Part shown: piece after piece, positions 46,255-61,366 of the stretch
Numbering within the stretch: the first letter of the stretch is position 1
How the letters are laid out: every line of letters begins with the position of its first letter
Source: an uncultured Actinomycetes bacterium
GTDB lineage: Bacteria > Actinomycetota > Thermoleophilia > RBG-16-64-13
Direction of reading: 5' to 3'
Length of the DNA stretch: 64,000 bases
Assembly: GCA_963829545.1 (NCBI GenBank)
Contig: CAWHIX010000007.1
Coordinates: 101,807-165,806 of the forward strand
Program-made: the position numbers and the translations under genes
The notes under the pieces: generated by a model
What the model saw: only the letters and a program-made list of their open reading frames with translations
Told to the model about the DNA's origin: nothing
Databases searched by the model: none

Positions 46255-47232
46255 ATGGATCGGCCTTCCCCGGTCGCATTCGTTCAGTTCAGCAAGGCGA
46301 TGGCGATCACCGTCGTCCTTGGCGTATGTATCTCGTTCCTGCCTCTGGGCCTGCCGGTGTTCGCGCCTTTGCTGGCGCTTCCCCTGGCTTATCTGGTGGT
46401 GCGCGGGGGACTGGGGCAGGGATTGGCCCTGGCGGTCGTGGTCGGGATACTCGTGTGGTTCGCAGCCGGACTGGGGACGGCCGCAATGATCGTCCTCCTG
46501 TTGCTCGGGCTGGGCGTGACGCTGGGAGAAGCGCTGCGTCGGCGCTGGTCGTTCGGGAGGACGTTGGCCGTTGTAGCGTCGGGTGCGCTCGTAGCTCTGG
46601 TGCTCTGGGGAGTGCTGCTGTGGCAGCTGGGCTTGAGCCTGAGCGATCTTCGGGAAAGCGCCTTCAGCTCCCTCGACCGGGCGGAAGAGATGTACGCGGG
46701 CATGGGTGTGCAGGCGGCTACCACGGATCTGGCATCTGAACAGTTGCGGCGGCTGATAGACATGATGCCGTACCTGGTCCCCGGGCTGCTGGGGATGGGC
46801 GTCATCCTGTTGGCGGCCAGTTGCATCGGACTCGCCTACGCCTTCTTCCCCCGTCTTCGCGACAAGGTCGAGGTGCAGATGGCGTTATCCGGGTTCCGGA
46901 TGCATTGGTCCATGGCCTACGTTTCCATCGCCGGGTTGGCCATGCTCGTGCTTTCGCGTGGCGAGGCCGTGTGGCACTCGGTCATGCTCTACGCGGGAAT
47001 CGACCTGCTGCTCGTCTCGCAGACGCTGTTCTTCCTGCAGGGTCTGGCGATCGTGCGCTGGTACGCGAGGACCCGGCAGGTGCAGCCCGGGGCGAGTACG
47101 GCACTCTACTTGGCTGCCGTCTTTGGCCAGGCGTTCCTCCAGCTGACGGGGTTGCTGGGGTTGTTCGATACGTGGTTGGATTGTCGCAGAAGGTTCGCTC
47201 TCAAGAGCCCCCGCCCGGGCCCTTCGAGGTGA
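46255..47232 (+). CDS. DUF2232 (YybS-like) membrane protein
   Basis: Multi-TM protein with FLQGLAIV and GLFDTWLDCRRR; typical position between rpsR and rplI. Confidence 0.8.
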   Translation: MDRPSPVAFVQFSKAMAITVVLGVCISFLPLGLPVFAPLLALPLAYLVVRGGLGQGLALAVVVGILVWFAAGLGTAAMIVLLLLGLGVTLGEALRRRWSFGRTLAVVASGALVALVLWGVLLWQLGLSLSDLRESAFSSLDRAEEMYAGMGVQAATTDLASEQLRRLIDMMPYLVPGLLGMGVILLAASCIGLAYAFFPRLRDKVEVQMALSGFRMHWSMAYVSIAGLAMLVLSRGEAVWHSVMLYAGIDLLLVSQTLFFLQGLAIVRWYARTRQVQPGASTALYLAAVFGQAFLQLTGLLGLFDTWLDCRRRFALKSPRPGPSR

Positions 47233-47251
47233 CATAGCTAAGGAGTGAGAT

Positions 47252-47713
47252 ATGGAAGTGATACTGCTTCAGGACGTCGAAAAGCTAGGCAACAAGGGCG
47301 AGGTCGCGAACGTGTCCGACGGATACGCCCGCAACTACCTCTTCCCCCGCAAGTTGGCCGAAATGGCCACTCCCGCGCGCGTAGCCTCCGTGCGCAAGAT
47401 CATGGACGAGAAGCTGGCGGCCGAACGTCGCGAGGCCGAGCGGGCCGACGAGACGCGCGACCTCCTCTCGAAGACCGTGCTCACCATCCCTGCCTCGGTG
47501 GGATCGGCCGATAGGCTCTTCGGCTCGGTCACCAGCCAGGACATCGCCGATGCCATCTACGCCGCCCGCAAGATCCGCGTGGACAAGCGTAATGTGGCGT
47601 TGGAGGAACCCATCAAGACCGTGGGGACATTCATGGTCAAAGTGTCCGTGCATCACAGCGTAGAGGCTGCGGATGTGAAGGTCATGGTCGTCCCGGAGGG
47701 GTCCAAAGAGTAA
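47252..47713 (+). CDS. rplI: 50S ribosomal protein L9
   Basis: [14 protein letters not shown]....[16 protein letters not shown]. Confidence 0.97.
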   Translation: MEVILLQDVEKLGNKGEVANVSDGYARNYLFPRKLAEMATPARVASVRKIMDEKLAAERREAERADETRDLLSKTVLTIPASVGSADRLFGSVTSQDIADAIYAARKIRVDKRNVALEEPIKTVGTFMVKVSVHHSVEAADVKVMVVPEGSKE

Positions 47714-47745
47714 GCGCGGCCGTTTCTGCCGGGGGAGAGGCGCTC

Positions 47746-49122
47746 ATGGAATCACCGGCAAGCAGGGGCGGCCCGGCAGGGCCGCTCGGGGGAGAGCAGA
47801 CAGTCCCGCAGAACATCGACGCCGAGATATCGGTGCTCGGCGCCAGCATGCTCACGCCCAACGTGATCCCGGGCGTGAGCGAGATCATCCGGCCCAAGCA
47901 CTTCTATCGCCTGTCTCATCAGCGCATCTTCGAAGTCATCGAGGATCTGTTCTCGCGGGGAGAGCCAGTCGACCCCATCACTGTCAGCGAGGAACTGGCC
48001 AATCGCGCCAGCCTCGACCTGGTCGGCGGACGGGCCTTCATCCATAGCCTGGCCACCGCCGTGCCGGCCGCCACGAACGCCCGCCACTACGCGGAGATCG
48101 TGAGGGAGAACTACCTGCTGCGCTCTCTCATCCGCGTGGGCGGCGAGATCACCGAGATGGGCTACAGGCGCGAGCAGGCGCCCGTGGAACTCATCGACAA
48201 GGCGGAGCAGATGGTGTTCGATATCTCCGAGGACCGCGTCGTCGGGGAGTTCGAGTCCATCAGCGACCTCATCAGCGAGAGCTTCGCCGAGCTCGAGCTG
48301 ACCATGAGCGAGGGGCACCACACCGTCGGTTGTCAGACGGGCTTTCGCGAGCTCGACACGATCATCAGCGGCTTCCAGCCCGCCAACCTGGTCATCCTTG
48401 CCGCTCGGCCCTCCATGGGCAAGACGGCTCTGGCGCTCAATATCGCCCGGAACGTAGGCGTCGACCAGGGCAAGGGCGTGGCCATCTTCAGCCTGGAGAT
48501 GTCGAAGATGGAAGTGGTGCGGCGGATGATGTGCGCCGAGGCCCGCGTTGACAGTTGGCGGGTGCAGAGGGGCATCATGCAGCCCCAGGAGTGGAGCCGG
48601 CTGGCCGCGGCCTGCACGCCTTTGCATTCCGCTCCCATCTTCATCGACGATAGCGCGTCGCTCAATCTCATGGAGATCCGGGCCAAGGCCAGACGCCTCA
48701 AGGCCAAGGAGAAGAACCTCAGCCTGATCCTGGTCGACTACCTTCAGCTCATGATGGGCGACATCGGAGTGGAGAACCGCCAGCAGGAGATCTCCCGCAT
48801 CTCCCGGGGTCTCAAGATCCTGGCCCGCGAACTCGAGGTGCCGGTCATGGCGCTCTCGCAGCTTTCCCGGCAGGTGGAGGCGCGGGCCGGCAACCGGCCG
48901 GTACTGTCGGACCTTCGCGAATCGGGCGCGATCGAGCAGGATGCGGACCTGGTGATGTTCATCTATCGCGACGAGGTCTATAACCGCGACAGCCCCGACA
49001 AGGGCACGGCCGAGATCATCGTGGGCAAGCAGAGGAATGGGCCCATCGGGGACTGCAAGCTGGCCTTCATCCAGAGCTACACGCGTTTCGCCGACCTGGC
49101 CGACAGGCGCGGGGCCCAGTAG
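47746..49122 (+). CDS. dnaB: Replicative DNA helicase (no intein)
   Basis: ARPSMGKT, VDYLQLM, SQLSR, DLRESGAIEQDAD, KQRNGP. Confidence 0.97.
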   Translation: MESPASRGGPAGPLGGEQTVPQNIDAEISVLGASMLTPNVIPGVSEIIRPKHFYRLSHQRIFEVIEDLFSRGEPVDPITVSEELANRASLDLVGGRAFIHSLATAVPAATNARHYAEIVRENYLLRSLIRVGGEITEMGYRREQAPVELIDKAEQMVFDISEDRVVGEFESISDLISESFAELELTMSEGHHTVGCQTGFRELDTIISGFQPANLVILAARPSMGKTALALNIARNVGVDQGKGVAIFSLEMSKMEVVRRMMCAEARVDSWRVQRGIMQPQEWSRLAAACTPLHSAPIFIDDSASLNLMEIRAKARRLKAKEKNLSLILVDYLQLMMGDIGVENRQQEISRISRGLKILARELEVPVMALSQLSRQVEARAGNRPVLSDLRESGAIEQDADLVMFIYRDEVYNRDSPDKGTAEIIVGKQRNGPIGDCKLAFIQSYTRFADLADRRGAQ

Positions 49123-49167
49123 GTCCGCCAGGGCCGGCCGGGCGAAAGCCGAGAGGACGGGGGAAAG

Positions 49168-53500
<4,333 letters not shown>

Positions 53501-53504
<4 letters not shown>

Positions 53505-54013
53505 GCGAGACGACCGGGCAGCCCCTGATAGGCATCCTTATGGGCTCGGATTCCGACGCCGAGGTGATGGACGCGGCGGTGAAGGAGCTGGAGGCTCGGG
53601 GCATCGCCCATGAGGTCAACGTCCTTTCGGCCCACCGTGATCCGGAGGCGGTGCGCGGGTATTCGCTGGGAGCCGAGGCGCGGGGACTGAAGGTGATCAT
53701 CGCCGGAGCCGGGAAGGCTGCGGCCCTGCCGGGAGTGGTGGCCTCCATGACCGACCTGCCCGTCATTGGCGTGCCCATCCGCACCTCCGATCTGGGTGGC
53801 CTCGACTCCCTGCTCTCCATGGTGCAGATGCCTCCGGGCGTGCCGGTGGCGACCGTGGCCATCAACGGTGCCCGCAATGCCGCCATCCTGGCTGCGAAGA
53901 TCCTGCGCGTGGGCGGTCTGTGGAGCGCCTCGGAGACCGGTTCGATGGCCGCAGGGGCCGGTTCGGTGGCGTCCGCCGCCGGCGAAGGCGACGAGGAGGG
54001 GGGTCGGCGATGA
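53501..54013 (+). CDS. purE: N5-CAIR mutase / AIR carboxylase PurE
   Basis: [37 protein letters not shown]. Confidence 0.95.
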
Positions 54014-55310
54014 TCCTCCGCTATTCCACTCCCGAGATGTCGGCCATCTGGACCGACGACGCCCGCATGCAGGCCTGGCTGCAGGTAGAGATGGCCGTGT
54101 GCGAGGCTTGGACGAAGCTGGGCCGCATCCCTCAGGACGCCATGCTGGAGATCAAGCAGAAGGCCGGTTTCGACGTCGACCGCGTGAACGAGATCGAGGA
54201 GGTGACGCAGCACGACGTCATCGCCTTCGTCAGTTGCGTGGCCGAGAAGGTGGGGGACGCTTCCAAGTACATCCACTACGGCCTGACGTCGTCGGACGTC
54301 CTCGATACCGGCCTGGCCCTGCAGTTGAAGGAGGCCGGCGGGCTGCTGGTCCAGGAGACGAAGGCGCTGGGCCGCATCCTGCAGCGGCGGGCGCTGGAGC
54401 ACCGCGACACGGTGATGATCGGCCGCACGCACGGCGTGCACGCCGAGCCCATCACCTTCGGCATGGTCCTGGGCCTGTGGGCCTTCGAGGTGCACCGGGG
54501 GCTCGAACGGCTGGAGCGGGCCGTCGAGCAGGTGTCGGTGGGCAAGATCTCCGGGGCCGTGGGCAGCTACGCCAACGTCGACCCAGAGGTCGAGCGCGTC
54601 GCCTTGTCCATCCTCGAACTGGACGTCGCCCCCATCTCCACCCAGATCGTGCAACGCGACCGGCACGCGGAGTTCATGGCCGCCCTCGCCCTGCTGGCCA
54701 GCACGCTGGAGAAGATCGCCGTGCAGGTGCGCCACTACCAGCGCACGGAGGTCCTGGAGGCGGAGGAATACTTCGCGCCCGGGCAGAAGGGCTCTTCGGC
54801 CATGCCCCACAAGCGCAACCCCATCATCTCGGAGCGGCTCTGCGGCCAGGCGCGCATCATCCGCGGCAACATGCTGGTCGCCTTCGAGAACATCGCCCTG
54901 TGGCACGAACGCGACATCAGCCATTCCAGCGCCGAGCGCATCATCTTCCCCGACAGCACCATCCTCCTGCACTACATGTTGAGGAAGGCCTGCTGGCTGA
55001 TCGACAAGCTCAACGTCTACCCGGAGAACATGGCCGCCAACCTGGAGAAGAGCTACGGCCTCATCCACAGCCAGCGAGTGCTCCTCGCCCTCGTAGAGGC
55101 CGGGATGCTTCGCGACGACGCCTACCGGCTCGTACAGAAGAGCGCCATGAGGGCCTGGGAGGAGAAGACCCCCTTCCTCGACCTGCTCAAAGCCGACCCC
55201 GAGGTGACCGGCCACCTGTCGGCCGACCAGATCGACGCGCTCTTCGACCCCGGGACCAACTCCGGAACGTGGGCGTGATCTTCGACCGCGTGGCCGCCCT
55301 CGACTGGTAG
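54010..55310 (+). CDS. purB: Adenylosuccinate lyase; frameshift near 55255
   Basis: [33 protein letters not shown]; true C-terminus in the other frame ([14 protein letters not shown]). Confidence 0.95.
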
Positions 55311-55437
55311 TTGCGGCCCCGAGCGTCCGGGAGGCGATGAGAGGCGGCCGTCTGGGGTATCCTTCAATCGACGAACGATCGAACGCCGGAGGAAAGCCGT
55401 CGATGAAGTCGGGGCCCGAGCCGGGGAGGAAGCAAGC

Positions 55438-55683
55438 ATGACCGGCCAGACCGTGTGCCCGCGCTGTGGGGCGCTTGACTCGTTCATGAAGGGATACCTG
55501 CCCGAGACCTGCGCCTGCCTTCGCTGTCAGAGCCAGCTCGACTGGCGGGAGATACCGGGGTGTGGACCCGACTGCAAGGCGGCCGAGCCCGAGGCGACAG
55601 AACCCGGGTCCGAGGCCACCCAGACCGAGTCTGGGACCACCCCGCCCGGCGGGGACTTGTCCGGTTGGGTCACCGACCGATGA
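55438..55683 (+). CDS. Small Cys-rich (Zn-ribbon-like) hypothetical protein
   Basis: GGAGGA RBS; CPRC, CACLRC, CGPDC; ATGA overlap with purF. Confidence 0.6.
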   Translation: MTGQTVCPRCGALDSFMKGYLPETCACLRCQSQLDWREIPGCGPDCKAAEPEATEPGSEATQTESGTTPPGGDLSGWVTDR

Positions 55684-57129
55684 TGTTGGATCCCTGGCTG
55701 GACGACTCCCCCCACGACGAGTGTGGGGTGTTCGGCATCTACGCTCCCGAGATGGATGTGGCCAGGCTCACCTTCTTCGCCCTCTTCGCGTTGCAGCACC
55801 GCGGCCAGGAATCGGCCGGCATCGCCGTCACGGACGGGTCGCGCCTGATCGTCCACAAGGACATGGGTCTCGTCTCGCAGGTCTTCTCCGAGCAGACCCT
55901 CCAGACCCTACCCGGGAAACTGGCCATCGGGCACGTGCGCTATTCGACCACGGGCGCCAACGAGATCCGCAATGCCCAGCCCTTCGCCCGCACGCGCAAC
56001 GGCTCCTTCATCGCGCTGGCCCACAACGGCAACCTGGTGAACACCGACGAACTGCGCGAGGACCTGCTGCGTAGCGGCCATATTTTCGAGAGCACGTCCG
56101 ACACGGAGGTCATTGCGGCTCTGCTTGCCGAGCACCCCTCCCGCGACATGAAAGAGGCCCTCCGGGACATCATCCCCCGCCTGCGCGGCGCGTTCAGCGC
56201 TGTTCTTCTCACCAAGGACGAGATCATCGGCTTTCGCGATCCCTACGGCGTGCGTCCTCTGGTGCTGGGGGAACTCGACGGCCGCTACTGCCTCTCCAGC
56301 GAGTCTTCGGGACTCGACATCATCGGCGCCAAGCTCCTCCGCGAGATCGAACCGGGGGAGATCTGCTGCATCGACGAGGACGGCTATCACATCGAGCAGG
56401 TGATCAATCGGGAGCGGGAATCGCTCTGCATCTTCGAGTTCATCTACTTCGCACGGCCGGACTCGCTCATGAAGGGCCAGACCCTCTACACCGCCCGCAG
56501 CCGCATGGGAGAAGAGTTGGCCATCGAGTCCCCTGTGCACGCCGATCTGGTCATCCCCGTCCCCGACACCGGGCAATTCGGCCGCCATCGGCTACGCGGC
56601 CGCCAGCGGGATCACCTACGGCGAGGCCCTCATCAAGAACCGATACATCGGCCGGACGTTCATCGACCCCGACGACCGGGTCCGCAAGCTGGGCATCCGC
56701 ATGAAGTTCAATCCCCTGGCGACGGCCATCCGCGGGAAGCGTCTGGTAGTGGTGGACGACTCCATCGTGCGGGGCAACACCACCCGTGCTCTGGTGCGCG
56801 TGCTGTTCGAAGCCGGGGCGCGTGAGGTCCACCTGCGCATCAGCTCGCCGCCTATCGTCTTCCCGTGCTTCTACGGCATCGACATGGCCGATCAGGACGA
56901 GTTCATCGCCTTCGGCAAGAGCGTGGACGAGATCACCCGGGAGCTGGGGGCGACCTCGGTGGCCTATCTCTCCCTGGAGGGCCTGCTGCGGGCCACACAT
57001 GCCGGTACGGCCGACGACTGCTTCTGCACCGCCTGCTTCAGCGGGGATTATCCCTGTGAGGTGCCGGAAAGCCTGCGCCTCTCCAAGTTCCGCTACGAGA
57101 AGGACGCCTGCGCCGCGCTGGATAGGTGA
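55680..57129 (+). CDS. purF: Amidophosphoribosyltransferase; frameshift near 56575
   Basis: Propeptide then ECGVFG, LQHRGQE, GHVRYST, HNGNL, VVDDSIVRG.T, CTACFSG.YP. Confidence 0.95.
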
Positions 57130-57186
57130 GTTTCGCGCCGGCGGGAGGCCGTCGGCGGGCCGGGTGCCGTGGCCGGGCGCGATAGG

Positions 57187-58531
57187 CTACGCGGACAGGC
57201 GCGACAGTTCGGCGACCACCTCCGCGGTGGTGGCGACTCGGATGGCTCCCGCGGCCAGCAACTCCTCCGTGATCCGTTCCGCTTCCCCGCCCGTGAGGTC
57301 GCGCTGGGAGATGGGCGGTTGGTCCATGATCACCACGGGTTTGCCCGAGCGGCGGGCCTCGAGCGTCATCCGCAGCGGCTCCAGATTGCCGGGACCGAAG
57401 AAGATGGGCGCCACGGCCAGCATGTCCGCCTCGCGGATGTGAGTGTGGAGTTGCTGCAGCGCGTCCGCCGGGAAGGGCTGGAAGGGTGGGGCGGACACCA
57501 CCTCGAGCTCGTAGCGCTGGGCTGTGCTGTAGTCGGTGTCGAACACGCTCACGATGCCCACGCTGGGAGTCAATCCACGCAGGACCAGCTCCTCGATGAG
57601 TTCGGAGGCCGCGCCTCCGCCGGCGATCACATGCACGCCGCCCAGCGGCTCCTCGCAGATCTCTCCGCGGGACTTGGTCCACAGGGGCGTGACGTACGGT
57701 CTTTGCCCCTGGCGGTGGACCGCCACGCGGACGCGGAAGACGTCGAGGATGACTCGAGGATCGAGCACCGCGCTCGGCTCGCCTCGCGCCGCCTGCAGCC
57801 CATGATTCAGCAGGAGCAGCTCTTCGCAGTACTGAGCGGCCATGTTGAGGTCGTGGAGGACCACGGCGATGGTTCGGCCTTCAGCGTGGAGTCCCGCCAG
57901 CAACTGCATGATCTCCAATTGATGGTTCAGGTCGAGGTTGTTGAGGGGCTCGTCCAGAAGCAGGGTGGGTGTCTGCTGGGCGAGGGTCTGGGCGATGAGG
58001 GCGCGCTGGCGCTCGCCGCCCGAGAGCCCGGTCACCAGCCGGCCCGCCAGATCGGTGAGACCGGTCTGAGCGAGAGCGTTTTCCACGGCCACCGCGGCAT
58101 CGTCGCCTGCGGAGGCGGCCTTGCCCCGGTGCTCTTCGTGCCGCGGATGGGCATAGCGGCCCATGCTCACCATCTCTCTAACCGTAAAGCTGAAGTCGAG
58201 GTAGAACTGCTGGGGCACGACCCCGACCCTGCGGGCGAGCTCGGTCGCGCGGTAGTCGCCCAGGGGGCGGCCTTCCAGCAGGGTCGTGCCGGCCGTCGGC
58301 TTGACTGTCCCGGTGAGGGACCGCAACAGGGTGGTCTTGCCCGATCCGTTGGGTCCCAGGATGCCGACGAAGCTGCCCTGTCGTATCTCGAGGTCGAGGG
58401 GGCCCAGCAACGCGCTGTCCCCCGAGGACGACCTCCAGCCCGCGTACGTCGAAGACGGCCCGAGCGGGGGCCGCGCTATCTGTCGGCGCCGCGCGCCGGG
58501 CGTCGCGATCACTACGCGCGTCGTGAGCCAC
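57187..58531 (-). CDS. Cobalamin/iron ABC transporter ATPase with C-terminal extension; frameshift near 58420
   Basis: GPNGSGKTT, LSGGERQR, LLDEP, HDLN; about 150 extra C-terminal residues. Confidence 0.85.
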
Positions 58532-58533
58532 TC

Positions 58534-59573
58534 TCACGCCCCCTTGCGCATGCGGAGCAGATACAGGAAGAACGGGCCCCCGACGGCCGCGGTGATGATC
58601 CCCACCGGTATCTCGGCCGGCGCGAGGACGGTGCGCGCGACGGTGTCGGCGAGCAGGAGGAGGAGGGCGCCGAAGAGGGCCGAGGCGGGAAGGAGGTGCC
58701 TGTGGTCGGGACCGACCACCAGGCGCATGATGTGCGGCACCATCAGCCCCACGAAGCCGATCAGCCCCGTGAAGGCCACCGCCGCCGCGGTGGTGAGCGA
58801 GGCCACGATCATCAGGTTGCGGCGCGTGCGCTGGCTGTCGACGCCCAACTCGCGGGCGCGCTCCTCGCCCATGAGGAGGAGGTTCATGCGCCGCGACATG
58901 AGCATCATGTAGACGAAGCCGGCGCCGACCACCGGCAGGGTGATGGAGACCTTCGTCCAGGTGGCCGTGGTCAACCCGCCCATCAGCCAGACGATGACCG
59001 TGTGCAGGTCTCGCTCCGTGGCCACCATCATGAAGGACATGATGGCCGTGAGGGTGGAGCCCACGGCCACGCCGGAAAGCAGCAGCGAGGCGCTTCCTGT
59101 CCGGCCGGAGAAGGTGGCCACGCGGTAGACGAGGAAGGCCGTCGAGCGCTCCGCCCACGAAGGCGAGCACCGGGATCCCGTAGATGCCGAGCGCCCAGCG
59201 GCTTCCACACGATGGCGATGGTGGCCCCGAGGGCGGCGCCGGCCGACACACCCAGCAGGTAGGGCTCGGCCAGGGGGTTGCGGAAGACGCCCTGGAACGA
59301 GGCGCCGGCGGTGGAGAGAGCGGCTCCGGCGATCAGGGCCAGGGCGATGCGGGGCAGCCGCAGGCTCCAGAGCAGACGCGGAGCCCAGTCGGGGAAGTCG
59401 CCCTGCGCGTCGGCGCCGGAGCCGAAGAGGGCGAAGAGGGCGCGGAGAGCTTCGCCCATGGAGAGGCCGGCCGCTCCCACCACCGCCGCAGTCACCACCG
59501 CGGCGACGAGCGCCGCTGCCAGGATGAGCATCACCAGGCGGTAGCTTCTGCGGCGGTCGGTGGCGTCGGTCAT
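58534..59573 (-). CDS. FecCD/BtuC-family permease; frameshift(s) near 59160-59190
   Basis: LRLPR, QGVFRNPLAEPY.LGVSAGA, IGFVGL..PH, EIPVGI. Confidence 0.88.
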
Positions 59574-59605
59574 GCCGTGCTCCTAGGACGACCGGGGTCG
59601 GGGAC

Positions 59606-60689
59606 TCAGAAGGCCTCCGGGTGGACGGCCTCGGCCAGGGCCTTCAGCCCCTGCCCGATGCGCGGTCCCGGCCGGGTGACGACCACGTCGTCTATGAGGA
59701 TGACGCTGCCCTTCTTTCACGGCCCTCAGATCGGCGAAACGGGGGTCGGCGACGAACTCGTCGATACTCGTGTAAGCCGTGTTGGGCAGCAGGATAACGT
59801 CCGGGTCGGCGGCTACCAGTTGCTCCGGAGCGAACTGGTAGTAGGGCTGGACGGCGGCACTGTCGGTGCCCTCCATCGAGCCCACGTTGGTGGCGTTGAC
59901 CAGCTTCAGCAGTTCGTCGACGAAGGAGCCGGGACCGGCGGTCCACAGCGTGTTGTCGAGGGCGTAGAAGACCTTGGGCGACTCGGTGGTCGCCGCAGTC
60001 GCGTCGGTGACCATCTTGATCTCCGCTTTCAGCGCTTCGACAAGTTCGGCCGCTTCCGCCTGGGCGCCCGTCGCCGTGCCCACAGTGTCGATGTTGGCGT
60101 AGATGCCCGCCAGGTTCGTCGGGTCGAGGATCAGCACGGGCGCGCCCGCCGAGGTCACCGGGGCCAGGGCTTCCTCGTTCCCGGCGTAGCCCACCACCAG
60201 GTCGGGGCTCAGTGCCATCACGGCCTCGGTGTTGACCTGGAAGTCGCCCACTTTGGCGACGGCCGCCGCCTCGGGCGGGTAGTCGTCGAGAGAGGTCACG
60301 CCCACGATACGGTCGGCCAGGCCCAGGGCGAAAAGAGTCTCGGTGTTGGCCGGGGCGGTGGAGACGATCCTCATGGGCTTGGCGGAGATGGTGACGCTGG
60401 CGCCCTGGTCGTCGGTGACGGTCACCGGGAAGGTGCCTTCCTCCGCCTGAGCCGCGGTGGTCTCCGTGGGGGCCGAGGTCGTCGGTCGCCCGCCGCCGAC
60501 GGGCCGGCCGTCCGGCCGGTCGGTCTCGTCGCCGGCTTCTTCAGACCCGCACCCGGTCATGAAGAGCGCTGCCGCGAGGAGCACGGCGAGCATAGCTACA
60601 AGTAGGAGGGGCAACAGGGCGGAGTGTCGTCTCGAGGACGACGATTCGGGCCCCACCTGTCGGCGATGGGGCAGTGGGTGTCCGTTCAT
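59606..60689 (-). CDS. BtuF-like cobalamin-binding lipoprotein; frameshift near 59715
   Basis: Lipobox MTGC; RIVSTAP..TE.LFALG, SPDLV; corrected C-terminus RPGPRI...LAEAVHPEAF. Confidence 0.85.
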
Positions 60690-60848
60690 GCGGACTCCTT
60701 TCGGTTCAACCTATGGTCACGACCGGCAAGATGGTGGAGAGCAGGTTGGCTACTCCCCGGCCGGACCAATGCGTGGTCGAACCGAGTCGGCGCCCCGCGA
60801 CAGCGGGACGGAGTGCGCTCTCTCCACGGAGAGCGTCTGCTCCTCCTC

Positions 60849-61000
60849 TACAGCAGGTATCTGGCTCCCGTGGTCTCCGTCCGAAGGGGTGCGACCGCCC
60901 GGCGGAGCCTCGGTTACAGTGGCGGGACCGTGCCGGCTTCTCACCGGCTTCCCTCTCGGCTCCGATTTCCGGAGCCTGACTGCAGAGGCACCATGCTTGC
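60849..61000 (-). ncRNA. Cobalamin riboswitch
   Basis: Minus strand GGTGC...GAGGGAAGCCGGTGAGAAGCCGGCACGGTCCCGCCACTGT...GGGAGCCAGATACCTGC upstream of the ABC importer. Confidence 0.93.
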
Positions 61001-61123
61001 TGCACGGACTCTAACATCACACGGCTGACTCGTCCAACCCACGGCGGAGACGCTCGACGTCTTCCCCAGGTGGGCGTGCTCATCGGGTAGAGCCGCGTGG
61101 CCGCGTCTGGTACGCTGGGGAAC

Positions 61124-61366
61124 GTGAAAATCTCCATCAGTATCGTCCTCTTCTTCTTGCTGAGCGCGTTCTTTCTCAGCGTTCTACTCGGCGCCTTGGA
61201 GCACAGCCGCCGCCTTCTCGGCGTAGCCGCCGCCTGTTTGGTGGCGGTCGTGTGTGTGATCGTGTTCCTGACCCCCGTACATCTGCCCAGTCTCGATGCC
61301 GTGTTCGGCGTCTTCGACGGCGATCCATCTCCCACCGCTACCACGGAGGTGCCCGGTGTCCAATAG
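61124..61366 (+). CDS. Small two-TM hypothetical protein
   Basis: GTG start, two hydrophobic segments, overlaps purM start. Confidence 0.5.
   Translation: MKISISIVLFFLLSAFFLSVLLGALEHSRRLLGVAAACLVAVVCVIVFLTPVHLPSLDAVFGVFDGDPSPTATTEVPGVQ

Noticed and set aside
57169-59262. Long antisense and alternative-frame ORFs (e.g. 57169..59262 +, 47752..50133 -, 53455..55215 -, 7750..9357 +)
   Set aside because: Shadow ORFs of well-supported genes, expected in high-GC DNA; no recognisable motifs.
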